DNA from: a virus
Taxonomy: Duplodnaviria; Caudoviricetes
Strand: one strand, 5' to 3'
IMG/VR virus record: IMGVR_UViG_3300037467_001182
Location: 1-28,233 of that record
Length of the DNA stretch: 28,233 nt
The position numbers and the translations under genes are program-made. The notes beneath the pieces were generated by a model, which was given only the letters and a program-made list of their open reading frames with translations, was not told where the DNA came from and made no database searches. Position 1 is the stretch's first letter. Every line of letters starts with the position of its first letter. Below, in pieces: positions 1-9,094 of the stretch.

Positions 1-228
1 AGGCCATTTGAAATGCCATCGACCCTTCGCATCCGCTTTCGCCATTCGACGTTCCCATTCCTTGCGTAACTCCCTGTCCTTGCGGGTTTGCTTCACTGGT
101 TCCCATATCCATCTTCCCTTTCTGTCAGTCTTGGTGGCAATCGCTAGTGGCTTTAGGCCACGTGTCGGTGGTGGTCCCATCCAGCCTCCTGGCGGTGGCT
201 TTTCCTCTCGTTCACGTTTTCGCTTCAT
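1..228 (-). CDS. Hypothetical basic, Trp/Pro-rich protein (partial, runs off the left edge)
   Basis: Not in the ORF track. ATG at 228-226 and 76 open codons to position 1 (MKRKREREEKPPPGGWMGPPP...WHFKWP). AAGGAGG Shine-Dalgarno at 247-241 on the minus strand. Confidence 0.6.
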   Translation of the reverse strand, partial: MKRKREREEKPPPGGWMGPPPTRGLKPLAIATKTDRKGRWIWEPVKQTRKDRELRKEWERRMAKADAKGRWHFKWP

Positions 229-325
229 TGACCTGGCAATCCTCCTTCGTGTATGCTGCTTGGGAACCTTTAACGAACTGGAGCGTTATTGGCGTTGAGG
301 GATTGAACTCCAGAAGGAGAATGTC

Positions 326-958
326 ATGGGACGTAGCAAAGAAAATAGCGGTGGTGTCGAGCACGACGCAGAGTCCGCAGCCGCCAAGGTGCAGCGCCAG
401 ACCGACGAGGCCAACGCTCAGACGGCCACGGACGTCAAGGAGGCCAAGGAAGCCGACATCGAGAAGGACACCGGCGAACGGACGCCGGCGAACGTGATCG
501 AGAAGGGCACCGAGTCCACCGACCGTCATGCTCCGGAAACGGCGGGGACGCTCGCTGGTGACCTCAACGCCGGCGAAGGCAACGAGCTGAACACCAATCG
601 GTCGATCGATGATCCGTCGGCCGACACAGCTTCGAGCCGCACCCAGAAGGGTCCCGAACAGCCGCATATCACTGCGGACATGGTCGAGGAGGCCGAACGC
701 ACGGAAGGCCCCATCGACATCGCCATGGTCGGTGACCAAGACGTCGAGGACGTTCAGGACCGTGCCGATGCGGAAATCGGCAACCTGATGGCCGATCCTC
801 AGGATCCCACCAAGGTCCTCCGCACGGGCGACGGGGTTCCCGCTTATGCCGAGCCGGGCAGCTATGCCGCGGCGATGCAGGGCGTTCAGCAGGATGCCTC
901 GGGTCACTTCGAGTCGGTCGCTCACACGCGCTCGCCGGCTTCGGGCACTCGCGTCTAA
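326..958 (+). CDS. Acidic, probably disordered hypothetical protein (210 aa)
   Basis: AAGGAG upstream of the ATG, phage-like codon usage, D/E/A/T-rich composition, followed by an intrinsic terminator. Confidence 0.8.
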   Translation: MGRSKENSGGVEHDAESAAAKVQRQTDEANAQTATDVKEAKEADIEKDTGERTPANVIEKGTESTDRHAPETAGTLAGDLNAGEGNELNTNRSIDDPSADTASSRTQKGPEQPHITADMVEEAERTEGPIDIAMVGDQDVEDVQDRADAEIGNLMADPQDPTKVLRTGDGVPAYAEPGSYAAAMQGVQQDASGHFESVAHTRSPASGTRV

Positions 959-983
959 CCGTCCTACCGGAGGGACAGGGAGG

Positions 984-1018
984 AGGCCGTCGGTCATCGT
1001 GCCGGCGGCCTTTTCTTT
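984..1018 (+). terminator. Rho-independent terminator
   Basis: Stem AGGCCGTCGGT / GCCGGCGGCCT with a 6-nt loop, followed by TTTCTTT. Confidence 0.8.
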
Positions 1019-1124
1019 GGCTTTACACGGATGAGCCCATCGAGCTCCTGTGGAGGAACATCGGGATCTCCGCACAGGATCGCGCAACCCCACGCACTGA
1101 AGCAGCCACAGTGAGCGCACGGGA

Positions 1125-1637
1125 TCATAGCTCGCACCATGACGGCGGGTTTCTGTTTGTCCATACCGGCTTCCTCTTATCATTTGGCCAACGTGCGTTC
1201 AGGTATTCTCGATACGCCCTGTGGACAGGGAGGTGAGTGAAGTCAAGACCGAGTCCTCGATGACGAGCACCGTTATAGAACTCGAGCTTAAACATGAACG
1301 CCGGTATATCGAGTAGGATGGGCCAATTAAGCGTTAGTCCCTCCAGCACTAGGTGACAGGCATGTTTGCGACCGAAGCGGTACTGTATCTCCTCACCGTA
1401 AGCGATCCCCAGCTCATACAACCAAAACATGGAACCGTTAGGTCTGTTATCCCGTGCCCACTTAAGGATTGGGTGATTGCTATGAGAGCTACGGTAGGGT
1501 GTGACACTGGCACCCTCGATCTCATTGATAAGGGTGCAGAGGATCTGGGTCGTTTCCAGGATCATCTTGTTGAGGCGCTTATCGTCGAGCGCGCGAGCAC
1601 ACTTACGCGGGTGCTTCGAGACGGCAAAGATATTCAT
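1125..1637 (-). CDS. Pyrimidine dimer DNA glycosylase / endonuclease V-like protein
   Basis: MNIF start, DDKRLNKMILETTQILCT, HSNHPILKW, YRFGRKHAC and WTNRNPPSW match the family pattern. Confidence 0.8.
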   Translation of the reverse strand: MNIFAVSKHPRKCARALDDKRLNKMILETTQILCTLINEIEGASVTPYRSSHSNHPILKWARDNRPNGSMFWLYELGIAYGEEIQYRFGRKHACHLVLEGLTLNWPILLDIPAFMFKLEFYNGARHRGLGLDFTHLPVHRAYREYLNARWPNDKRKPVWTNRNPPSWCEL

Positions 1638-1748
1638 TTCACTATCTCTTCACAGTTGTCATAGGATATTGGTGCCCGTGCCATGCGTCGTTCCTGTTGT
1701 GGGAATGTCGTATATTGTAATCGATCAGGACCCAGAGCGCAACCGCCC

Positions 1749-2276
1749 ATGTCTCGTTTTGTCCGCACTCATAAGGCTCGCAAGATCTTCCTCGACCGAC
1801 TAGGCGTGGGAGACTCTGTTTCAGCTGCAGCCCGAGCCGCTGGTGCGGAACCTCGAGTATTCAAGGCCTGGCGCAACTCGGATCCCGACTTCGCCCAGGA
1901 CTGGGATGACGCAATCGAGGAAGGCACGGACTTTATCGAAGACGTGGCCACAGAACGCGCGCTGACCAAGTCGGACCCACTCATGATGATGATGCTTAAG
2001 GCACGTCGTCCTGACAAGTACGACCGTGGCAGCAAGCTTGAATTGAGTGGGGGTATCAGTGTTGAAGGCGCGAAGAGCAAGTTGCTCAATAAGGTTGCAC
2101 GGCTCCAGGCTCGTGGGGAGCTTTCCGGGCCTGTCGATCCAGGAGAGTCACCGCTACTTGAGGATGCGTCATCTGAAGCGCCGCCCACGCCGCTCCTCGC
2201 TGCCCCCGATCAAGCTGGAGTGGGACGGGGGAGAAAGCGTCGAGGAGCAGCTCAACCAAGTAGCCAGCAACTGTAA
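1749..2276 (+). CDS. terS: Terminase small subunit
   Basis: HTH-like N-terminus (FLDRLGVGDSVSAAARAAG...AWRNSDPDFAQDWDDAIEEG) and SDPLMMMMLKARRPDKY, directly before TerL. ATG 1749 preferred over the track start at 1683. Confidence 0.8.
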   Translation: MSRFVRTHKARKIFLDRLGVGDSVSAAARAAGAEPRVFKAWRNSDPDFAQDWDDAIEEGTDFIEDVATERALTKSDPLMMMMLKARRPDKYDRGSKLELSGGISVEGAKSKLLNKVARLQARGELSGPVDPGESPLLEDASSEAPPTPLLAAPDQAGVGRGRKRRGAAQPSSQQL

Positions 2277-3870
2277 GCCTCACGCAAGTCAGATCGATCC
2301 CGAGCTTCTCGCTGAGCTGAGTGATGAAGAGGCCGACGATCTTCTCCACACTTGGGAGTTCTGGGCTCGCGACAATCAGCTAGAGCCCGCACCGGTACTC
2401 GACAACGGTGAGCTGTGGACAATCTGGCTCATCCTTGCAGGACGCGGTTTCGGTAAGACCCGGACCGGCGCAGAGACTGTCATTGAGTGGGTTAAGACCG
2501 GACAGTGTAAGCGTATCGCCTTGATCGCGGAGGACAGTGCTGACGCCCGAGACGTCATGGTGGAGGGTGAGTCCGGGATCATTGCTTGCTCTCCTCGTGA
2601 CTTCAAGCCGAAGTATGAGCCTTCAAAGCGTCGTCTGACTTGGCCGAACGGCGCAGTCGCCACGCTGTTCTCCGCTGAAGACTTCGACTCACTTCGCGGT
2701 CCGCAGTTCGACGGTGCATGGTGCGACGAGCTTTGCAAGTGGAGGTATGCCCAGGAGACTTGGGACAACCTGATGTTTGGTCTTCGTCTTGGTGAGCATC
2801 CGAAGGTCATCGTCACCACTACTCCTCGTCCGATGTCGCTTCTCAAGGAAATCATCCTGCGCAGTGATACGGCTATCACGAAGGGCAACACTCTCGAGAA
2901 TATCGACAACCTTGCACCGCCGTTCCGCAAGGCCGTCGTCGATAAGTATATGGGCACACGCCTTGGCCGACAGGAACTTAATGCCGAGATCCTTGATGAC
3001 GTTCCAGGCGCCCTGTGGTCTCGTTCGCTTATCGAAGAGTCTCGCATCCGTCCTGTCAATCCCGAGACGCCAATCGTTCTGCCCGAGTTCGTCCGTGTCG
3101 TTGTGTCTATCGACCCTGCGAAGGAAGTCGGTAAGACGAAAGGCAAGAAGGGCGATGATAGCTCATTCGCTGAGACCGGCATTCTTGTCACCGCGCGTGA
3201 CGCAGCAGGCAAGGCGTATGTCCTCGATGATCTGACTCTTCATGGTAGCCCTGAGGAATGGGGTCGCGTTGCGGTGCAGGCGTTCGATGACTGGGACGCT
3301 GACCTTCTGGTCTACGAAGCCAACCAGGGTGGCGAAATGGTTGCCGCCGTTCTTCGTGGCGCAGCGAAGTCCCTGAAGGATGACGGACTCCGTGCTGCGG
3401 ACTTCGTTCCGCTGAAGGCTGTCCATGCAACGCGTGGCAAGATCGTTCGCGCTGAGCCCGTGTCTCAGTTGTATGAGCAGGGCAAGGTTCACCACGTCGG
3501 TATGTTTGCAGAACTGGAAGATCAGCTCTGCGAGTATACGCCCGAAGGCAACATGGGTTACTCGCCTGACCGAATGGACGCACTCGTCTGGGGTCTGACC
3601 GAACTCATGATCGGCAGCGTTGCCTATGAAGGCCTGCTCGACTACTATCGTGATGAGGCGAAAGCCGTGAAGGATCGGTTGAGCAATCCCGACAAGGCAT
3701 TGCCGTCCTCTGTGGTCAAGCTCGTTGGTCCTCCCGGTGTCGGCACTGCGTTCGGTCGTGGTGGTGATCGATACGATCTAGACGAGAAGGGTTTCTTCCA
3801 CGTGAAGGAGGCCGACGTTTCATGCCTACAGCAGGCTGGTTTCCGACGGCACCTGGCACTCCCTTCGTAG
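2164..3870 (+). CDS. terL: Terminase large subunit (ATPase + RNase H-like nuclease) with an extra C-terminal domain
   Basis: Walker A LAGRGFGKT, Walker B AWCDE, TTTP coupling motif, nuclease SIDPA and SPDRMDALVW. Start is uncertain (ATG 2164, TTG 2158 or GTG 2047), and all candidates overlap terS. Confidence 0.93.
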   Translation: MRHLKRRPRRSSLPPIKLEWDGGESVEEQLNQVASNCKPHASQIDPELLAELSDEEADDLLHTWEFWARDNQLEPAPVLDNGELWTIWLILAGRGFGKTRTGAETVIEWVKTGQCKRIALIAEDSADARDVMVEGESGIIACSPRDFKPKYEPSKRRLTWPNGAVATLFSAEDFDSLRGPQFDGAWCDELCKWRYAQETWDNLMFGLRLGEHPKVIVTTTPRPMSLLKEIILRSDTAITKGNTLENIDNLAPPFRKAVVDKYMGTRLGRQELNAEILDDVPGALWSRSLIEESRIRPVNPETPIVLPEFVRVVVSIDPAKEVGKTKGKKGDDSSFAETGILVTARDAAGKAYVLDDLTLHGSPEEWGRVAVQAFDDWDADLLVYEANQGGEMVAAVLRGAAKSLKDDGLRAADFVPLKAVHATRGKIVRAEPVSQLYEQGKVHHVGMFAELEDQLCEYTPEGNMGYSPDRMDALVWGLTELMIGSVAYEGLLDYYRDEAKAVKDRLSNPDKALPSSVVKLVGPPGVGTAFGRGGDRYDLDEKGFFHVKEADVSCLQQAGFRRHLALPS

Positions 3871-3946
3871 CCAGTCCTTTCTCTTAAAGCCCCCAAAGAT
3901 ATAAATTAAGCCAATTCATTCAGGAATTGCGGGGGTTTGGCCACTC

Positions 3947-5497
3947 ATGGCAAGTGAACGAGCACGAGCTGGCGGTGGGCGTGAAATCGCACTTACCGGC
4001 ACTGGTGGCTATTCTCTCGGCGTGACGAATTACGGTGGTGGCAATAATGCTGCCACGTGGTTCGGTCCCGGCCAGCCCCAGACCCCACAGGCTCCCGCCG
4101 ATGTCGCCGGTCGCGCGTTCGACTTCCCATCACAAGTCAACATGCTGTCCAGTGGCCAACGCCACTCGGCCTTCGGCTTCGATACGCTGCGCGCGTTCGC
4201 TGATGGCTATGACCTTCTACGCCTGGTGATCGAAACTCGCAAGGACGCCATGGAGCGTTTGCGGTGGGTCATCCAGTTGCGCGATAGCAAGGAGCGCATC
4301 ACTCCTCAGAAGCGTAACCGCATCAACGAGATCACCAAATTCTTCCTGAAGCCCGACAAGGAGCACAACTGGAACTCGTGGCTTCGTATGCTGCTCGAAG
4401 ATCTCTTCGTCATCGATGCAGTATCTATTCACCGCCGGCGCACTCGTGGTGGCAAGCTCTATGCGCTTGACCAGATCGACGGGTCGACCGTTCGCCGCGT
4501 TCTCGATGATTGGGGACGCACTCCCGAGGATCCCGATGCCACTGCTTATCAGCAGATCCTGAAGGGCATCCCGGCGGTGAACTATCGCGCGTCTGACCTG
4601 TTCTATCGTCCCCGTAACCTGCGGATCCACAAGATCTATGGGTTCTCGCCGGTCGAGCAGATCATGATGACGGTCAACATTGCTATCCGTCGTCAGGTCT
4701 GGCAGCTGAACTTCTTCACGGAAGGCAACATGCCGAACGCCTTGATCGGTGTTCCGGAGCAATGGACGCCGGATCAGATCCGCGTCTTCCAGGAGTGGTT
4801 CGACGGCATCCTTGCTGGTGACCTAGGGGAGCGTCGCCGCGCTCGCTTCGTACCGGCAGCTGTGGGCAAGACCTATATCCCGACGCAGGAAGCCGAGCTA
4901 TTCGGTAAGGCTGAGGAATGGCTTGCGCGAGTCATTTGTTTCGCCTTCAGTATTTCGCCTCAGCCGTTCTTGCAGATGATGAACCGTGCGACGGCCGACA
5001 CTGCTCAGCAGGAAGCTGCGGCAACGGGTCTCGCTCCCATCCAAAATTGGGTCAAGGCGCTGATCGATGACATTCTCGCCGAAGAGTTCGGGTCGGAAGA
5101 CCTCGAGTTCGTTTGGCGCGGTGACGATGAGCTCGATCCGGTCAAGCGCCAGGCGATCACTGAGGCCGACGTGAAGGTTGGTCTTCTGACCGTCAATGAA
5201 GGCCGTATCGATAACGGTCGCGAGCCGTATGACAATCCGATCTTCGATGAGCCGATGTTCATGACCTCGAACGGCATGGCTCCGATGATCGTCGAGGGTC
5301 AGCTGAATACTCTGCAGGGCGGTGATCCCAAGAACCCGGCCGGCAACACAACGGATGCAACGGAGAACGGACCAGGCGCTCCTAAGGACGTGCCGGCCGA
5401 TACCGTCCAAAAGACTCTGGCCGAATTGATTGAGGCAGGGGATGAAGAAGCTCTCGCGAGTTATCTTCGCAAGCTAGAACAAGGAGCAAACTCATGA
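3947..5497 (+). CDS. Portal protein
   Basis: 516 aa directly after TerL. YGFSPVEQI and FFTEGNMPNALI motifs, and LLTVNEGR typical of HK97/lambda-like portals. Confidence 0.9.
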   Translation: MASERARAGGGREIALTGTGGYSLGVTNYGGGNNAATWFGPGQPQTPQAPADVAGRAFDFPSQVNMLSSGQRHSAFGFDTLRAFADGYDLLRLVIETRKDAMERLRWVIQLRDSKERITPQKRNRINEITKFFLKPDKEHNWNSWLRMLLEDLFVIDAVSIHRRRTRGGKLYALDQIDGSTVRRVLDDWGRTPEDPDATAYQQILKGIPAVNYRASDLFYRPRNLRIHKIYGFSPVEQIMMTVNIAIRRQVWQLNFFTEGNMPNALIGVPEQWTPDQIRVFQEWFDGILAGDLGERRRARFVPAAVGKTYIPTQEAELFGKAEEWLARVICFAFSISPQPFLQMMNRATADTAQQEAAATGLAPIQNWVKALIDDILAEEFGSEDLEFVWRGDDELDPVKRQAITEADVKVGLLTVNEGRIDNGREPYDNPIFDEPMFMTSNGMAPMIVEGQLNTLQGGDPKNPAGNTTDATENGPGAPKDVPADTVQKTLAELIEAGDEEALASYLRKLEQGANS

Positions 5498-7386
5498 GTC
5501 GTAAGGCGAAGGCGCCGCGGGTTTTCGTCCCGCTGACAAAGGTGGACGAGGAACAGCGCCTCGTCTACGGCACGATCACACAGGAAGTGCTCGACAAGTC
5601 GGGCGAGGTCATGGACTATGACGCGTCCAAGGGCAATTTCCAGAAGTGGTCGGATGACATTCACCAGGCTTCGGGCGGACTGTCGAAGGGCAACCTTCGC
5701 GTCATGCATGGCCTGACTGTGGCCGGCAAGGTCACCGACCTGGACTTCAACGACGAGGACAAGACGATCGAGGTCTGCACCAAGGTCGTCGATGACTCCG
5801 AGTGGGAGAAGGTCAAGGAAGGCTGCTACACGGGCTTCTCCGTCGGCGGCAAGTACGGCAAGAAGTGGAAGGAGACCATCGACGGTCAGACGATCACGAA
5901 GTACGAGGCCATCCCGAACGAGGTGAGCCTGGTCGACAATCCGTGCGTCCCGTCGGCGACCTTCTCGCTCGTCAAGGCTGACGGCGCCGAAGAGCAGGTC
6001 ATGTTCAAGGCAGCTGTGGCCGACGACCAGGATCCGGGTGATGAGGCTCCCGAAGATCAGGACACGGGCGGTGAGTCGCCCACCGGTGATGAGACGGTCA
6101 CCAAGTCCGAGGGTGCTGAGCCGTCCAACGAGGAAGTCGCAAGCCGCGCGACCGAACTCGCCAAGGCCGCCAACGATGGGACGACTTGGGTCGACCATAT
6201 CGAGACGGCCCGCCTGGAGCTGACCAAAGCAGCGAAGGGTGAGAAGGACGATGACGAAGAAGGAAAGAAAGGAAAGGAAAAGTCCGAAGCTGAGCCGGCA
6301 GCCGAGACTGCTGCTGATGCGGAAGCTGCCGCTGATGAAGACGGCGACGAAGAGGATGACGACAAGGCCGCCAAGGCCGACACCGCCGTTCTTGACCGTC
6401 TGACCCAGAAGTGGGAGACCAGCGACGGCAAGACCTTCGAGAAGAAGGCTGACGCCGCAGCGCACGAGGAGACTCTGGCGAAGGCAGCTGTGGAACCCAC
6501 AGAAGCTGACAAGCTGCGGGCTCGACTCGAGAAGGCGATCAGCGGTCCCGAGGACGATGAGGGTGAGCCTGAGCTCCCGCTCTTCGAAGACCTCGACCGA
6601 ATGTCGAAGGTCGTCTCGGCACTCTCGACTCCGTTCGAGGATGGCCAGCCGAAGCTCGAGAAGGGCATGTATACCGTCAACCGCTTCTCGTCGGTTCTTT
6701 CGGACATGGCTTCGCTGTCGCGTTCGATCAAGGCCGAAGGCAAGCGCGAAGGTGACGACTCGACGGACTCCACCGTCTCGGCCGACATCATCGGTGCAGT
6801 TAAGACGCTCGGTGCCTCGTTCATCGCTTATGCGACCGACCAGGTGCAGGAGCTTCTCGCCGGTATGGACGACGACGTGGTCGTGAGCTATCACGACTAC
6901 TATTACAACTGCGTCCAGAACGATCCGGAGAACGGCCTGGCCAAGGACGTCTGCGAGACGATCAATTCGCTGCGTGAGGCTGCGTCCGAACGTCGCGAGG
7001 ATCTCATCAAGGGCTTCGGGTTCGTCGCCGGCGAGGACGTCCAGACCGACGAGCTCTCGCCTCCGATGCAGAAGCGCTTCGACGCGCTGACCGCTGAGAA
7101 CGAGGAACTCAAGAAGGTTGCCACCGACGCGGTGACCAAGGTCGAGGAACTCGCCAAGCGTGTCGAGGAGATTGCCGACCAGCCGCAACCCCGCGCACCG
7201 CGTGACGGCTCTGTGGTCTTCAAGGAAGGTGATGTCAACTTCCTGGGCAAGTCCTTCAGCAATCCGCAGGATCTCATGAACGAGGTCCATGATCTCATCA
7301 AGACCAAGGGGCCTGACGCTCTCGCGGTCGAACTCATCAAGGCGAGCCAGGCTGGCGGCGGACAACGTCTCCACCTGAACCGCTAG
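5494..7386 (+). CDS. Prohead maturation protease fused to a long acidic scaffold
   Basis: N-terminal HK97-type protease motifs (LRVMH, YTGFSVGG, EVSLVDNPCVPSATF), then an acidic low-complexity and coiled-coil region. ATGA overlap with the portal gene. Confidence 0.85.
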   Translation: MSRKAKAPRVFVPLTKVDEEQRLVYGTITQEVLDKSGEVMDYDASKGNFQKWSDDIHQASGGLSKGNLRVMHGLTVAGKVTDLDFNDEDKTIEVCTKVVDDSEWEKVKEGCYTGFSVGGKYGKKWKETIDGQTITKYEAIPNEVSLVDNPCVPSATFSLVKADGAEEQVMFKAAVADDQDPGDEAPEDQDTGGESPTGDETVTKSEGAEPSNEEVASRATELAKAANDGTTWVDHIETARLELTKAAKGEKDDDEEGKKGKEKSEAEPAAETAADAEAAADEDGDEEDDDKAAKADTAVLDRLTQKWETSDGKTFEKKADAAAHEETLAKAAVEPTEADKLRARLEKAISGPEDDEGEPELPLFEDLDRMSKVVSALSTPFEDGQPKLEKGMYTVNRFSSVLSDMASLSRSIKAEGKREGDDSTDSTVSADIIGAVKTLGASFIAYATDQVQELLAGMDDDVVVSYHDYYYNCVQNDPENGLAKDVCETINSLREAASERREDLIKGFGFVAGEDVQTDELSPPMQKRFDALTAENEELKKVATDAVTKVEELAKRVEEIADQPQPRAPRDGSVVFKEGDVNFLGKSFSNPQDLMNEVHDLIKTKGPDALAVELIKASQAGGGQRLHLNR

Positions 7387-7404
7387 AACGGAGCAACGAG
7401 GCAA

Positions 7405-7448
7405 CCGGAGACGGGAGCCATAGCCTGCCCTTGCCGGAGACGGTAAGG
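7405..7448 (+). promoter_or_regulatory. Tandem CCG-GAGA-CGG hairpins in the capsid gene leader
   Basis: CCGGAGACGG at 7405-7414 and 7434-7443. The second extends to an 8-bp stem CCTTGCCG/CGGTAAGG closing a GNRA loop. Confidence 0.5.
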
Positions 7449-7491
7449 TTTTCGTCAACCAACCAGAACTCAAAAGAAAGCGAGTTTGATT

Positions 7492-9009
7492 ATGTCTGGT
7501 AACACTGCTATCATTGAGCAGGGCCTCGCTGCGGGTGTCTCGATGGACGCTCTCATGAAGGCCCTCGGTTCGTCTCCTGTCCTGCCGGGTGATCCGCGCA
7601 TGCCGGAGCAGCTTGCGAAGAGCACCTTCGCGCAGTCGGGTTCGGCCACAACCGGTCTGACCTTCTACGACCTCGAAGCGGGCGCCAAGTTCCTTTATCC
7701 GGTTCTGACGCCGCTCCGCAACGAGATCCCGCGCGTCTCGGGTCGCGGCGGCATCCAGGCCAACTGGAAGGCCGTCACCGGGATCAACACCTCGGGCATC
7801 CGCATCGGCGTTTCGGGCGGTAACCGTGGCGCCGTCATGGCGGTCAGCACGGCCGACTACGCGGCTGCCTACAAGGGCATCGGTATCGAAGACAACGTCG
7901 ACTTCGAGGCGCAGTATGCGGGTGAAGGCTTCGCCGACATTCGTGCACTGGCCGCGAAGGTTGGTCTCGAAGCCCTCATGCTCGGCGAGGAGATCCTGAT
8001 CCTCGGCGGCAACGGCACCGTCGCACTCGGAACGACTCCGACTCCGTCGCTCACCGCGTCGGCTTCGGGCGGTTCGCTTGCCTCGGCCACCTACAGCGTC
8101 ATCTGCGTTGCTCTCACGCTCGAGGGCTTCATGAACGCCTCTGTGGTTGCCGGCATCCCGACGCAGGTGACTCGCACCAACGCTGACTCGTCCGTCGATA
8201 CCTTCGGCGGCGGTTCGGCTCAGAAGTCGGCCAACGCAACTGTCGCGGTTACCGGCCCGACGGGCAGCATCACCGCTACCGTCACCGCCAAGCGCTGCGC
8301 TGTTGCCTACGCCTGGTTCTGGGGTGCCGCGGGTTCGGAAGTGCTCGGCGCGATCACCACGGTGAACAAGGCGACGATCACGGCCGCTGCGACGGGTACT
8401 CAGACTGCGGCTTCGCTGCCGTCGGCTGACAACTCGACGAACAACCTCGTCTTCGACGGGCTTCTCACCCAGGCGATGAAGTCGGGCAGCAATGCCTACT
8501 ATCGTTCGCTGGACGGTGCGACGCTGACTGCCGATGGTGCAGGCGGTATCGTCGAGATCGACGTGGCGCTGAAGGATCGGTGGGACAACTACCGTCTGAC
8601 CTACGACACGATCTGGATCTCGTCCGATCTTGCTCTCTCGATCTCGCAGAAGATCCTGCAGGGCAATGCGAACGGGGCCTACCGTATCGTGGTCAACATG
8701 GAGCAGGGAATGATGGCCGGCGGCGTCATGGTCGCGACCTACCTGAACCGCTTCTCCATGTCCGGCGCCAACGTGCTGAAGATCCGTATCCATCCGAACA
8801 TGCCGGCTGGTACGATGTTCTTCACCACCTCGAAGCTGCCCTATCCGGTCAACGGCGTGGGCAACCTCGTTCAGATCCGTACTCGTCAGGAGTACTATCA
8901 GATCGAGTGGCCGCTTCGTACTCGTAAGTACGAGTATGGTGTCTATGCCGACGAGGTGCTTCAGCACTACTTCCCGCCGGCGATGGGCGTCATCACTAAC
9001 ATCGGGTAA
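7492..9009 (+). CDS. Major capsid protein with a central Ala/Thr-rich beta-domain insertion
   Basis: Follows the protease/scaffold gene, has strong codon bias, YDLEAGAKFLYPVLTPLRNEIPR N-terminal motif and GVITNI C-terminus. ATG 7492 preferred over TTG 7486. Confidence 0.88.
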   Translation: MSGNTAIIEQGLAAGVSMDALMKALGSSPVLPGDPRMPEQLAKSTFAQSGSATTGLTFYDLEAGAKFLYPVLTPLRNEIPRVSGRGGIQANWKAVTGINTSGIRIGVSGGNRGAVMAVSTADYAAAYKGIGIEDNVDFEAQYAGEGFADIRALAAKVGLEALMLGEEILILGGNGTVALGTTPTPSLTASASGGSLASATYSVICVALTLEGFMNASVVAGIPTQVTRTNADSSVDTFGGGSAQKSANATVAVTGPTGSITATVTAKRCAVAYAWFWGAAGSEVLGAITTVNKATITAAATGTQTAASLPSADNSTNNLVFDGLLTQAMKSGSNAYYRSLDGATLTADGAGGIVEIDVALKDRWDNYRLTYDTIWISSDLALSISQKILQGNANGAYRIVVNMEQGMMAGGVMVATYLNRFSMSGANVLKIRIHPNMPAGTMFFTTSKLPYPVNGVGNLVQIRTRQEYYQIEWPLRTRKYEYGVYADEVLQHYFPPAMGVITNIG

Positions 9010-9026
9010 TACCCCTTCCCGATGAT

Positions 9027-9066
9027 GAGGGTGGGAGCTGTTATGCGCGCAGCTCCCACTCTCTTT
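9027..9066 (+). terminator. Hairpin terminator/attenuator after the capsid gene
   Basis: 14-bp stem GAGGGTGGGAGCTG / CAGCTCCCACTCTC followed by a short T run. Confidence 0.7.
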
Positions 9067-9094
9067 CGTAAGACCAAGCGCAAGGGACAGAGAA

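Noticed and set aside
212-1183. 323-aa minus-strand ORF and the short + ORFs 8..298 and 147..497
   Set aside because: They overlap better-supported genes that have clear RBSs (326..958 on +, 228..1 on -) and show no protein-like motifs.
1640-1748. Sigma70 promoter for terS
   Set aside because: An AT-rich TATATTGTAAT is present, but there is no convincingly spaced -35 element, so it cannot be supported from sequence alone.
3109-3180. Intein or intron in TerL at the Lys-rich loop (KEVGKTKGKKGDD)
   Set aside because: It is only a short loop insertion with no splicing motifs or frame break.
3884-3909. CtrA box (TTAA-N7-TTAA) before the portal gene
   Set aside because: The two TTAA half-sites are 18 nt apart, not 7. 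No full box was seen in the other intergenic regions inspected.
7384-7491. Scaffold-capsid read-through fusion (both genes are in the same frame)
   Set aside because: A second in-frame stop (TAA at 7444-7446) lies in the spacer.
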